Below, piece by piece: positions 50,101 through 64,000 of a stretch of 64,000 nt of DNA (positions within the stretch are counted from its first letter, which is position 1; each line of letters begins with the position of its first letter). Origin of the DNA: Eledone cirrhosa (lineage: Eukaryota). Location of the stretch: the NCBI GenBank assembly GCA_964016885.1, contig OZ024740.1:10664001-10728000 (forward strand), given 5' to 3'. The notes beneath the pieces are model-generated. The model was not told the DNA's origin, did no database searches, and worked only from the letters and a program-made list of their open reading frames with translations. A program made the position numbers and the translations under genes.

Positions 50101-53100
50101 GTGGTGGAGCCCTTCTTAAAAACTGGTGGAGCCCATCTTAATACCTGGTGGAGCCCATCTTAAAACCTGGTGGAACCCATCTTAATACCTGTTGGAGCAC
50201 ATCTTAATACCTAGTGGAGCCCATCTTAAAACCTGGTGGAGCTCATCATAAAACCTGGTGGAGCCCATCTTAATACCTGGTGGAGCTCATCTTAATACCT
50301 GGTGGAGCCCATCTTAATACCTAGTGGAGCCCATCTTAAAACCTGGTGGAGACCATCTTAATACCTGGTGGAGCCCATCTTAATACCTGGTGGAGCCCAT
50401 CTTAATACCTAGTGGAGCCCATCTTAAAACCTGGTGGAGCCCATCTTAATACCTTGTGGAGCCCATCTTACTACCTGGTGGAGCCCATCATAAACCTAGT
50501 GGAGCACGTCTTAATACCTGGTGGAGCCCATCTTAATACCTGGTGGACACCATCTTAAAACCTGGTGGACACCATCTTAATACCTGGTGGAGCCCGTCTT
50601 AATACCTGGTGGACGCCATCTTAATAGCTGGTGGACCACATTTTAATACCTGGTAGAGCCCATCTTAAAACCAAATGGACCCCATCTTAGTACCTGGTGG
50701 ACCCCATCTTAATAGCTGGTGGACCCCATCTTAATAGCTGGTGGAGCCCATCTTAAAATATGGTGGAGCCCATCTTAAAACCTGGTGGACCCCATCTGAA
50801 AACCTGGTGGAACCCATCTTAATACCTGTTGGAGCCCATCTTAATACCAGCTGGAGCCCATCTTAATACTTGTTGGAGCCCATCTTAATACTTGTTGGAG
50901 CCCATCTTAATACCTGGTGGACCCCATCTTTAAACCTGGTGGACCCCATCTTAAAACTTGGTGGACACCATCTTAATTACTGGTGGAGCCCATCTTAAAA
51001 CCTGGTGGAGCCCATTTTAATACCTGGTGGGGCCCATCTTAAAACCTGGTGGAGCCCATCTTAATACCTAGTTGACCCCATCTTAAAACCTGGTGGACCC
51101 CATCTTAATACCTGGTGGACCCCATCTTAATACCTGGTGGAGCCCATCTTAAAATATGGTGGAGCCCATCTTAAAACCTGGTGGACCCCATCTTAAAACC
51201 TGGTTGGGCCCATCTTAATACCTGGTGGAACCCATCTTAAAACCTGGTGGAGCCCACCTTAAAACCTGGTGGAGCCCATCTTAATACCTGGTGGACCCCA
51301 TCTTAAAACCTGGTGGAGCCCATCTTAATACCTGGTGGAGCCCTTCTTAAAACCTGGTGGAGCCCATCTTAATACCTGGTGGAGCCCATCTTAAAACCTG
51401 GTGGAGCCCATCTTAATACCTGGTGGAACCCATCTTAATGCCTGGTGGACCCCATCTTAAAACCTGGTGGACCCCATCTTAAAACCTGTCGGACCCCATC
51501 TTAATACCTGTTGGAGCCCATCTTAAAACCTGGTAGAGCCCATCTTAATACCTGGTGGAGCCCATCTTAATCCTGGTGCCCATCTTAATACCTGGTGGAG
51601 CCCATCTAAAAACCTGGTGGAGCCCATCTTAAAACCTGGTGGAGCCCGTCTTAAAACCTGGTGGAGCCCATCTTAATACCTGGTGGAGCCCATCTTATTC
51701 CTGGTGCCCATCTAAATACCTGGTGGAGCCCATCTTAAAACCTGGTGGAGCCCATCTTAATACCTGGTGGAGCCCATCTTAATACCTAGTGGAGCCCATC
51801 TTAAAACCTGGTGGAGCTCATCATAAAACCTGGTGGAGCCCATCTTAATACCTGGTGGAGCCCATCTTAATACCTGGTGGAGCCCATCATAAACCTGGTG
51901 GAGCCCATCTTAATACCTGGTGGAGCCCATCTTAAAACCAAATGGACCCCATCTTAAAACCTGGTGCACCCCATCTTAAATCCTGGTGGACCCCATCTTA
52001 ATAGCTGGTGGAGCCCATCTTAAAACCTGGTGGACCCCATCTGAAAACCTGGTGGACCCCATCTTAAAACTTGGTGGACCCAATCTTAATTACTGGTGGA
52101 GCCCATCTTAATACCTGGTGGAGCCCATCTTAATACCTAGTGGAGCCCATCTTCAAACCTGGTGGAGCCCATCTTAAAACCTGGTGGAGCCGATCTTAAT
52201 ACCTGGTGGACCCCATCTTAAAACCTGGTAGACCCCATCTTAATACCTGGTGGACCCCATCTTAATACCTGGTGGAGCCCATCTTAAAATATGGTGGAGC
52301 CCGTCTTAAAACCTGGTGGAGCCCATCTTAAAACCTGGTGGACCCCATCTTAAAACCTGGTGGACCCCATCTTAAAAGCTGGTGGAGCCCATCTTAATAC
52401 CTGGTGGAGCAAGTCTTAATACCTGGTGGAGCCCATCTTAAAACCTGGTGGACCCCATCTGAAAACCTGGTGGACCCCATCTTAAAACCTGGTGGACCCC
52501 ATCTTAAAAGCTGGTGGAGCCCATCTTAATACCTGGTGGAGCCCTTCTTAAAAACTGGTGGAGCCCATCTTAATACCTGTTGGAGCACGTCTAAATACCT
52601 AGTGGAGCCCATCTTAAAACGTGGTGGAGCTCATCATAAAACCTGGTGGAGCCCATCTTAATACCTGGTGGAGCCCATCTTAATACCTGGTGGACCCCAT
52701 GTTAAAACCTGGTGGAGGCCATCTTAATACCTAGTGGAGCCCATCTTAAAACCTAAGGAGCTCATCATAAAACCTGGTGGAGCCCATCTTAATACCTGGT
52801 GGAGCACGTCTTAATACCTGGTGGAGCACGTCTTAATATCTGGTGGACACCATCTTTAAACCTGGTTGACCCCATCTTAATACCTGGTGAAGGCCATCTT
52901 AATACCTGGTGGAGCCAATCTTAATAGCTCGTGGAGCCCATCTTAATACCTCGTGGAGCCCATCTTGATACCTGGTGGAGCCCATTTTAATACCTGGTGG
53001 GGCCCATCTTAAAACCTGGTGGAGCCCATCTTAATACCTAGTTGACCCCATCTTAAAACCTGGTGGACCCCATCTTAATACCTGGTGGACCCCATCTTAA

Positions 53101-56100
53101 TACCTGGTGGAGCCCATCTTAAAATATGGTGGAGTCCATCTTAAAACCTGGTGGACCCCATCTTAAAACCTGGTTGAGCCCATCTTAATACCTGGTGGAA
53201 CCCATCTTAAAACCTGGTGGAGCCCACCTTAAAACCTGGTGGAGCCCATCTTAATACCTGGTGGACCCCATCTTAAAACCTGGTGGAGCCCATCTTAATA
53301 CCTGGTGGAGCCCTTCTTAAAACCTGGTGGACCCCATCTTAAAACCTGGTGGACCCCATCTTAGTACCTGGTGGACCCCATCTTAATAGCTGGTGGACCC
53401 CATCTTAATAGCTGGTGGAGCCCATCTTAAAATATGGTGGAGCCCATCTTAAAACCTGGTGGACCCCATCTGAAAACCTGGTGGAACCCATCTTAATACC
53501 TGTTGGAGCCCATCTTAATACCAGCTGGAGTCCATCTTAATACTTGTTGGAGCCCATCTTAATACTTGTTGGAGCCCATCTTAATACCTGGTGGAGCTCA
53601 TAAAACCTGGTGGAGCCCATCTTAATACCTGGTGGAGCCCATCTTAATACCTGGCCCAGCCCATCATAAACCTAGTGGAGCACGTCTTAATACCTGGTGG
53701 AGCCCATCTTAATACCTGGTGGACCCCATCTTAAAACCTGGTGGACACCATCTTAATACCTGGTGGAGCCCGTCTTAATACCTGGTGGACCCCATCTTAG
53801 TACCTGGTGGACCCCATCTTGATACCAGCTGGAGCCCATCTTAATACTTGGTGGAGCCCATCTCAATACCTGGTGGAGCCCATCTTAAAACCTGGTGGAC
53901 CCCATCTTAAAACCTGGTGGAGCACGTCTTAATACCTGGTGGAGCCCATCTAAAAACCAGGTGGAGCATGTCTTAATACCTGGTGGAGCCCATCTTAATA
54001 CCTGGTGGAGCCCTTAAAAACTGGTGGAGCCCATCTTAATACCTGGTGGAGCCCATCTTAAAACCTGGTGGAGCCCATCTTAATACCTGGTTGACCCCAT
54101 CTTAAAACCTAGTGGACCACATCTTAATACCTGGTGGACCCCATCTTAATACCTGGTGGAGGCCATCTTAAAGTATGGTGGAGTCCATCTTAAAACTTGG
54201 TGGACCCCATCTTAATACGTGGTGGAGCCCTTCTTAAAAACTGGTGGAGCCCATCTTAATACCTGGTGGAGCCCATCTTAAAACCTGGTGGAACCCATCT
54301 TAATACCTGTTGGAGCACATCTTAATACCTAGTGGAGCCCATCTTAAAACCTGGTGGAGCTCATCATAAAACCTGGTGGAGCCCATCTTAATACCTGGTG
54401 GAGCCCATCTTAATACCTGGTGGAGCCCATCTTAATACCTAGTGGAGCCCATCTTAAAACCTGGTGGAGACCATCTTAATACCTGGTGGAGCCCATCTTA
54501 ATACCTGGTGGAGCCCATCTTAATACCTAGTGGAGCCCATCTTAAAACCTGGTGGAGCCCATCTTAATACCTTGTGGAGCCCATCTTACTACCTGGTGGA
54601 GCCCATCATAAACCTAGTGGAGCACGTCTTAATACCTGGTGGAGCCCATCTTAATACCTGGTGGACACCATCTTAAAACCTGGTGGACACCATCTTAATA
54701 CCTTGTGGAGCCCATCTTACTACCTGGTGGAGCCCATCATAAACCTAGTGGAGCACGTCTTAATACCTGGTGGAGCCCGTCTTAATACTTGGTGGACGCC
54801 ATCTTAATAACTGGCGGACCACATTTTAATACCTGGTGGAGCCCATCTTAAAACCAAATGGACCCCATCTTAAAACCTGGTGGACCCCATCTTAGTACCT
54901 GGTGGACCCCATCTTAATAGCTGGTGGAGCCCATCTTAAAATATGGTGGAGCCCATCTTAAAACCTGGTGGACCCCGTCTTAAAACCTGGTGGAGCTCGT
55001 CTTAAAACCTGGTGGAGCCCGTCTTAAAACCTGGTGGAGCCCATCTTAAAACCTGGTAGACCCCATCTTAAAACCTAGTGGACCCCATATTAAAACCTGG
55101 TGAAGCCCATCTTAATACCTGGTACCCAACTTAATACCTGGTGGAGCCCATCTTAAAACCTGGTGGAGCCCATCTTAATACCTGGTGGAGCCCATCTTAA
55201 TACCTAGTGGACCCCATCTTAATACCGGGTGGACCCCATCTTAAAACCTGGTGGAGCCCATCTTAAAACCAGGTGGAGCACATCTTAATACCTGGTGGAC
55301 CCCATCTTAAACCTGGTGGACCCCATCTTAAAACCTGGTGGAGCCCATCTTAATACCTGGTGGACCCCATCTTAATACCTGGTGGACCCCATCTTAAAAC
55401 CTGGTGGACCCCATGTTTATTACTGGCGGAGCCCATCTTAATACCTGGTGGAGCACATCTTAATACCTGGTGGAGCCCATCTTAAAACCTGGTTGAGCCC
55501 ATCTTAATACCTGGTAGAGCCCATCTTGAAACCTGGTGGACGCCATCTTAAAACCTGGTGGAGCCCATCTTAATACCTGGTGGAGCCCATCTTAAAACCT
55601 GGTGGAGCCCATCTTAATACCTGGTGGAGCCCATCTTAAAACCTGGTGGAGCACTTCTTAAAAGCTGGTGGAGCCCATCTTAAAACCTGGTGGACCCCAT
55701 CTTAAAACCTGTCGGACCTCATCATAATACCTGTTGGAGCCCATCTTAAAACCTGGTAGAGTCCGTCTTAAAACCTGGTGGAGCCCATCTTAATACCTGG
55801 TGGAGCCCATCATAAAACCTGGTGCCCATCTTAATACCTGGTGGAGCCCATCTTAAAACCTGGTGGAGCCCATCTTAATACCTGGTGGAGCCCATCTTAA
55901 TACCTGGTGGACCCCATCTTAAAACCTGGTGGACCCCATCTTAAAACCTGGTGGATCCCATCTTAATACCTGGTGAAGCCCATCTTAAAACCTGGTGGAG
56001 CCCATCTTAATACCTGGTGGAGCCCTTCTTAAAACCTGGTGGACCCCATCTTAAAACCTGGTGGACCCCATCTTAGTACCTGGTGGACCCCATCTTAATA

Positions 56101-59100
56101 GCTGGTGGACCCCATCTTAATAGCTGGTGGAGCCCATCTTAAAATATGGTGGAGCCCATCTTAAAACCTGGTGGACCCCATCTGAAAACCTGGTGGAACC
56201 CATCTTAATACCTGTTGGAGCCCATCTTAATACCAGCTGGAGTCCATCTTAATACTTGTTGGAGCCCATCTTAATACTTGTTGGAGCCCATCTTAATACC
56301 TGGTGGAGCTCATAAAACCTGGTGGAGCCCATCTTAATACCTGGTGGAGCCCATCTTAATACCTGGCCCAGCCCATCATAAACCTAGTGGAGCACGTCTT
56401 AATACCTGGTGGAGCCCATCTTAATACCTGGTGGACCCCATCTTAAAACCTGGTGGACACCATCTTAATACCTGGTGGAGCCCGTCTTAATACCTGGTGG
56501 ACCCCATCTTAGTACCTGGTGGACCCCATCTTGATACCAGCTGGAGCCCATCTTAATACTTGGTGGAGCCCATCTCAATACCTGGTGGAGCCCATCTTAA
56601 AACCTGGTGGACCCCATCTTAAAACCTGGTGGAGCACGTCTTAATACCTGGTGGAGCCCATCTAAAAACCAGGTGGAGCATGTCTTAATACCTGGTGGAG
56701 CCCATCTTAATACCTGGTGGAGCCCTTAAAAACTGGTGGAGCCCATCTTAATACCTGGTGGAGCCCATCTTAAAACCTGGTGGAGCCCATCTTAATACCT
56801 GGTTGACCCCATCTTAAAACCTAGTGGACCACATCTTAATACCTGGTGGACCCCATCTTAATACCTGGTGGAGGCCATCTTAAAGTATGGTGGAGTCCAT
56901 CTTAAAACTTGGTGGACCCCATCTTAATACGTGGTGGAGCCCTTCTTAAAAACTGGTGGAGCCCATCTTAATACCTGGTGGAGCCCATCTTAAAACCTGG
57001 TGGAACCCATCTTAATACCTGTTGGAGCACATCTTAATACCTAGTGGAGCCCATCTTAAAACCTGGTGGAGCTCATCATAAAACCTGGTGGAGCCCATCT
57101 TAATACCTGGTGGAGCCCATCTTAATACCTGGTGGAGCCCATCTTAATACCTAGTGGAGCCCATCTTAAAACCTGGTGGAGACCATCTTAATACCTGGTG
57201 GAGCCCATCTTAATACCTGGTGGAGCCCATCTTAATACCTAGTGGAGCCCATCTTAAAACCTGGTGGAGCCCATCTTAATACCTTGTGGAGCCCATCTTA
57301 CTACCTGGTGGAGCCCATCATAAACCTAGTGGAGCACGTCTTAATACCTGGTGGAGCCCATCTTAATACCTGGTGGACACCATCTTAAAACCTGGTGGAC
57401 ACCATCTTAATACCTTGTGGAGCCCATCTTACTACCTGGTGGAGCCCATCATAAACCTAGTGGAGCACGTCTTAATACCTGGTGGAGCCCGTCTTAATAC
57501 TTGGTGGACGCCATCTTAATAACTGGCGGACCACATTTTAATACCTGGTGGAGCCCATCTTAAAACCAAATGGACCCCATCTTAAAACCTGGTGGACCCC
57601 ATCTTAGTACCTGGTGGACCCCATCTTAATAGCTGGTGGAGCCCATCTTAAAATATGGTGGAGCCCATCTTAAAACCTGGTGGACCCCGTCTTAAAACCT
57701 GGTGGAGCTCGTCTTAAAACCTGGTGGAGCCCGTCTTAAAACCTGGTGGAGCCCATCTTAAAACCTGGTAGACCCCATCTTAAAACCTAGTGGACCCCAT
57801 ATTAAAACCTGGTGAAGCCCATCTTAATACCTGGTACCCAACTTAATACCTGGTGGAGCCCATCTTAAAACCTGGTGGAGCCCATCTTAATACCTGGTGG
57901 AGCCCATCTTAATACCTAGTGGACCCCATCTTAATACCGGGTGGACCCCATCTTAAAACCTGGTGGAGCCCATCTTAAAACCAGGTGGAGCACATCTTAA
58001 TACCTGGTGGACCCCATCTTAAACCTGGTGGACCCCATCTTAAAACCTGGTGGAGCCCATCTTAATACCTGGTGGACCCCATCTTAATACCTGGTGGACC
58101 CCATCTTAAAACCTGGTGGACCCCATGTTTATTACTGGCGGAGCCCATCTTAATACCTGGTGGAGCACATCTTAATACCTGGTGGAGCCCATCTTAAAAC
58201 CTGGTTGAGCCCATCTTAATACCTGGTAGAGCCCATCTTGAAACCTGGTGGACGCCATCTTAAAACCTGGTGGAGCCCATCTTAATACCTGGTGGAGCCC
58301 ATCTTAAAACCTGGTGGAGCCCATCTTAATACCTGGTGGAGCCCATCTTAAAACCTGGTGGAGCACTTCTTAAAAGCTGGTGGAGCCCATCTTAAAACCT
58401 GGTGGACCCCATCTTAAAACCTGTCGGACCTCATCATAATACCTGTTGGAGCCCATCTTAAAACCTGGTAGAGTCCGTCTTAAAACCTGGTGGAGCCCAT
58501 CTTAATACCTGGTGGAGCCCATCATAAAACCTGGTGCCCATCTTAATACCTGGTGGAGCCCATCTTAAAACCTGGTGGAGCCCATCTTAATACCTGGTGG
58601 AGCCCATCTTAATACCTGGTGGACCCCATCTTAAAACCTGGTGGACCCCATCTTAAAACCTGGTGGATCCCATCTTAATACCTGGTGAAGCCCATCTTAA
58701 TACCTGGTGGAGCCCATCTTAATACGTGGTCGACCCCATCTTAATACCTGGTGGAGCCCATCTTAAAGCCTGGTGGAGCCCATCTTAATAGCTGGTGGAC
58801 CCCATCTTAAATCCTGGTGGACCACATCTTAAATCCTGGTGGACCACATCTTAAATCCTGGTGGACCACATCTTAATACCTGGTCGACCCATCTTAATAC
58901 CTGGTGGAGCCCGTCTTAAAACCTGGTGGAGCCAATCTTAAAACCTGGTGGGGCCCATCTTAAAACCAGGTGGACCCTATCTTAAAACCTGGTGCACCCC
59001 ATCTTAAAACCTGGTGGACCCCATCTTAAAACCTGGTGGACCCCATCTTAATACCTGGTGGACCCCATCTTAATAGCTGGTGGAGCCCATCTTAAAACAT

Positions 59101-62100
59101 GGTGGAGCACATCTTAAAACCTGGTGGAGCACGTCTTAAAACCTGGTGGAGCCCATCTTAAACCTGGTTGAGCACGTCTTAATACGTGGTGGAGCCCATC
59201 TTAATAGCTGGTGGAGCCCATCTTATAATATGGTGGAGCCCATCTTAAAACCTGGTGGACCCCATTTTAAAACCTGGTGGACCCCGTCTTAAAACCTGGT
59301 GGAGCCCATCTTAATACCTAGTGGAGCCCATCTTAAAACCTGGTGGAGCCCATCTTAAAACCTGGTGGAGCCCATCTTAAAACCTGGTGGAGCCCATCTT
59401 AATACCTGGTGGACCCCATCTTAATACCTGGTGGAGCCCATCTTAATACCTGGTGGACCCCATCTTAATACCTGGTGGAGCCCATCTTAAAACCTGGTGG
59501 AGCCCATCTTAATACCTGGTGGAGCCCATCATAAAACCTGGTGCCCATCTTAATACCTGGTGGAGCCCATCTTAAAACCTGGTGGAGCCCATCTTAATAC
59601 CTGGTGGAGCCCATCTTAATACCTGGTGGACCCCATCTTAAAACCTGGTGGACCCCATCTTAAAACCTGGTGGATCCCATCTTAATACCTGGTGAAGCCC
59701 ATCTTAATACCTGGTGGACCCCATCTTACTACCTGGTGGAGCCCATCTTAATACGTGGTCGACCCCATCTTAATACCTGGTGGAGCCCATCTTAAAGCCT
59801 GGTGGAGTCCATCTTAATAGCTGGTGGACCCCATCTTAAATCCTGGTGGACCACATCTTAAATCCTGGTGGACCACATCTTAATACCTGGTGGACCCATC
59901 TTAATACCTGGTGGAGCCCGTCTTAAAACCTGGTGGAGCCCATCTTAATACCTGGTGGACCCCATCTTACTACCTGGTGGAGCCCATCTTAATACGTGGT
60001 CGACCCCATCTTAATACCTGGTGGAGCCCATCTTAAAGCCTGGTGGAGCCCATCTTAATAGCTGGTGGACCCCATCTTAAATCCTGGTGGACCACATCTT
60101 AAATCCTGGTGGACCACATCTTAAATCCTGGTGGACCACATCTTAATACCTGGTCGACCCATCTTAATACCTGGTGGAGCCCGTCTTAAAACCTGGTGGA
60201 GCCAATCTTAAAACCTGGTGGGGCGCATCTTAAAACCAGGTGGACCCTATCTTAAAACCTGGTGCACCCCATCTTAAAACCTGGTGGACCCCATCTTAAA
60301 ACCTGGTGGACCCCATCTTAATACCTGGTGGACCCCATCTTAATAGCTGGTGGAGTCCATCTTAAAACATGGTGGAGCACATCTTAAAACCTGGTGGAGC
60401 ACGTCTTAAAACCTGGTGGAGCCCATCTTAAACCTGGTTGAGCACGTCTTAATACGTGGTGGAGCCCATCTTAATAGCTGGTGGAGCCCATCTTATAATA
60501 TGGTGGAGCCCATCTTAAAACCTGGTGGACCCCATCTTAAAACCTGGTGGACCCCGTCTTAAAACCTGGTGGAGCCCATCTTAATACCTAGTGGAGCCCA
60601 TCTTAAAACCTGGTGGAGCCCATCTTAAAACCTGGTGGAGCCCATCTTAATACCTGGTGGACCCATCTTAATACCTGGTGGAGCCCATCTTAATACCCGG
60701 TGGACCCCATCTTAATACCTGGTGGAGCCCATCTTAAAACCTGGTGGAGCCCATCTTAATACCTGGTGGAGCCCATCATAAAACCTGGTGCCCATCTTAA
60801 TACCTGGTGGAGCCCATCTTAAAACCTGGTGGAGCCCATCTTAATACCTGGTGGAGCCCATCTTAATACCTGGTGGACCCCATCTTAAAACCTGGTGGAC
60901 CCCATCTTAAAACCTGGTGGATCCCATCTTAATACCTGGTGAAGCCCATCTTAATACCTGGTGGACCCCATCTTACTACCTGGTGGAGCCCATCTTAATA
61001 CGTGGTCGACCCCATCTTAATACCTGGTGGAGCCCATCTTAAAGCCTGGTGGAGCCCATCTTAATAGCTGGTGGACCCCATCTTAAATCCTGGTGGACCA
61101 CATCTTAAATCCTGGTGGACCACATCTTAATACCTGGTGGACCCATCTTAATACCTGGTGGAGCCCGTCTTAAAACCTGGTGGAGCCCATCTTAAAACCT
61201 GGTGGGGCCCATCTTAAAACCAGGTGGACCCCATCTTAAAACCTGGTGCACCCCATCTTAAAACCTGGTGGACCCCATCTTAAAACCTGGTGGAGCCCAT
61301 CTTAAAACATGGAGCCCATCTTAAAACCTGGTGGAGCCCATCTTAAACCTGGTTGAGCACGTCTTAATACGTGGTGGAGCCCATCTTAATAGCTGGTGGA
61401 GCCCATCTTATAATATGGTGGAGCCCATCTTAAAACCTGGTGGACCCCATCTTAAAACCTGGTGGACCCCGTCTTAAAACCTGGTGGAGCCCATCTTAAT
61501 ACCTAGTGGAGCCCATCTTAAAACCTGGTGGAGCCCATCTTAAAACCTGGTGGTTCTCATCATAAAACCTGGTGCAGCCCATCTTAATACCTGGTGGAGC
61601 CCATCTTAATACCTGGTGGACCCCATCTTTAAACCTGCTGAACTCCATCTTAAAACCTGGTGGACACCATCTTAATACCTGGTGGAGCCCGTCTTAATAC
61701 CTGATGGACCCCATCTTAATAGCTGGTGGACCACATCTTAAAACCTGGTGGAGCCCATCTTAATACCTGGTGGAGCCCATCTTAATACCTGGTGGACCCC
61801 ATCTTAAAACCTGGTGGACCCCATCTTAAAACCTGGTGGATCCCATCTTAATACCTGGTGAAGCCCATCTTAATACCTGGTGGACCCCATCTTACTACCT
61901 GGTGGAGCCCATCTTAATACGTGGTCGACCCCATCTTAATACCTGGTGGAGCCCATCTTAAAGCCTGGTGGAGCCCATCTTAATAGCTGGTGGACCCAAT
62001 CTTAAATCCTGGTGGACCACATCTTAAATCCTGGTGGACCACATCTTAATACCTGGTGGACCCATCTTAATACCTGGTGGAGCCCGTCTTAAAACCTGGT

Positions 62101-64000
62101 GGAGCCCATCTTAATACCTGGTGGACCCCATCTTACTACCTGGTGGAGCCCATCTTAATACGTGGTCGACCCCATCTTAATACCTGGTGGAGCCCATCTT
62201 AAAGCCTGGTGGAGCCCATCTTAATAGCTGGTGGACCCCATTTTAAATCCTGGTGGACCACATCTTAAATCCTGGTGGACCACATCTTAAATCCTGGTGG
62301 ACCACATCTTAATACCTGGTCGACCCATCTTAATACCTGGTGGAGCCCGTCTTAAAACCTGGTGGAGCCAATCTTAAAACCTGGTGGGGCCCATCTTAAA
62401 ACCAGGTGGACCCTATCTTAAAACCTGGTGCACCCCATCTTAAAACCTGGTGGACCCCATCTTAATACCTGGTGGACCCCATCTTAATAGCTGGTGGAGC
62501 CCATCTTAAAACATGGTGGAGCACATCTTAAAACCTGGTGGAGCACGTCTTAAAACCTGGTGGAGCCCATCTTAAACCTGGTTGAGCACGTCTTAATACG
62601 TGGTGGAGCCCATCTTAATAGCTGGTGGAGCCCATCTTATAATATGGTGGAGCCCATCTTAAAACCTGGTGGACCCCGTCTTAAAACCTGGTGGAGCCCA
62701 TCTTAATACCTAGTGGAGCCCATCTTAAAACCTGGTGGAGCCCATCTTAAAACCTGGTGGAGCCCATCTTAATACCTGGTGGACCCATCTTAATACCTGG
62801 TGGAGCCCATCTTAATACCTGGTGGACCCCATCTTAATACCTGGTGGAGCCCATCTTAAAACCTGGTGGAGCCCATCTTAATACCTGGTGGAGCCCATCA
62901 TAAAACCTGGTGCCCATCTTAATACCTGGTGGAGCCCATCTTAAAACCTGGTGGAGCCCATCTTAATACCTGGTGGAGCCCATCTTAATACCTGGTGGAC
63001 CCCATCTTAAAACCTGGTGGACCCCATCTTAAAACCCGGTGGATCCCATCTTAATACCTGGTGAAGCCCATCTTAATACCTGGTGGACCCCATCTTACTA
63101 CCTGGTGGAGCCCATCTTAATACGTGGTCGACCCCATCTTAATACCTGGTGGAGCCCATCTTAAAGCCTGGTGGAGCCCATCTTAATAGCTGGTGGACCC
63201 CATCTTAAATCCTGGTGGACCACATCTTAAATCCTGGTGGACCACATCTTAATACCTGGTGGACCCATCTTAATACCTGGTGGAGCCCGTCTTAAAACCT
63301 GGTGGAGCCCATCTTAAAACCTGGTGGGGCCCAACTTAAAACCAGGTGGACCCCATCTTAAAACCTGGTGCACCCCATCTTAAAACCTGGTGGACCCCAT
63401 CTTAAAACCTGGTGGAGCCCATCTTAAAACATGGTGGAGCCCATCTTAAAACCTGGTGGAGCCCATCTTAAACCTGGTTGAGCACGTCTTAATACGTGGT
63501 GGAGCCCATCTTAATAGCTGGTGGAGCCCATCTTATAATATGGTGGAGCCCATCTTAAAACCTGGTGGACCCCATCTTAAAACCTGGTGGACCCCGTCTT
63601 AAAACCTGGTGGAGCCCATCTTAATACCTAGTGGAGCCCATCTTAAAACCTGGTGGAGCCCATCTTAAAACCTGGTGGTTCTCATCATAAAACCTGGTGC
63701 AGCCCATCTTAATACCTGGTGGAGCCCATCTTAATACCTGGTGGACCCCATCTTAATACCTGGTGGAGCCCATCTTAAAACCTGGTGGAGCCCATCTTAA
63801 TACCTGGTGGAGCCCATCATAAAACCTGGTGCCCATCTTAATACCTGGTGGAGCCCATCTTAAAACCTGGTGGAGCCCATCTTAATACCTGGTGGAGCCC
63901 ATCTTAATACCTGGTGGACCCCATCTTAAAACCTGGTGGACCCCATCTTAAAACCTGGTGGATCCCATCTTAATACCTGGTGAAGCCCATCTTAATACCT
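17195..64000. repeat. 22-bp satellite array, about 2,100 monomers, running off the window end
   Basis: CATCTTAA starts at 17195, 17217 and 17239 (period 22). Consensus CCCATCTTAA(A/T)ACCTGGTGGA(G/C). Single orientation, and no foreign insertion seen. Confidence 0.99.

Noticed and set aside
17195-64000. CRISPR array, or an information-encoding array based on the two dimorphic positions
   Set aside because: Monomers are contiguous with no unique spacers, there are no cas genes and the context is eukaryotic. The variant order is explained by nested duplications.
17750-64000. Chi-like GCTGGTGG octamers in some monomers
   Set aside because: A single C-to-G change from consensus CCTGGTGG creates it, and RecBCD Chi has no role in an animal genome.

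Overview
Eukaryotic, AT-rich, repeat-dense genomic DNA, not prokaryotic. The SINE families resemble those of octopus or other cephalopods (inference from recognition, no search run). The first ~17 kb contains the last two coding exons of a SpoU/SPOUT-family methyltransferase, most likely MRM1 (2126-2248 and 3892-3935, +). It also holds many SINE, MITE and LINE remnants, a truncated hAT (Buster/Charlie) transposon, four short minisatellites, several long hairpins and a degenerate hammerhead ribozyme inside an inverted repeat. A candidate promoter and 16-nt first coding exon (MVDRL..., PLEKHF2-like) lie near 11.7-12.06 kb. From 17,195 to the window end (~46.8 kb, about 2,100 copies) the sequence is one uninterrupted 22-bp satellite, CCCATCTTAAWACCTGGTGGAS. 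Its variant monomers show nested duplications with offsets of 286, ~1,200, 2,712, 11,423 and 16,633 bp. Most ORFs in the supplied track are spurious or transposon-derived.
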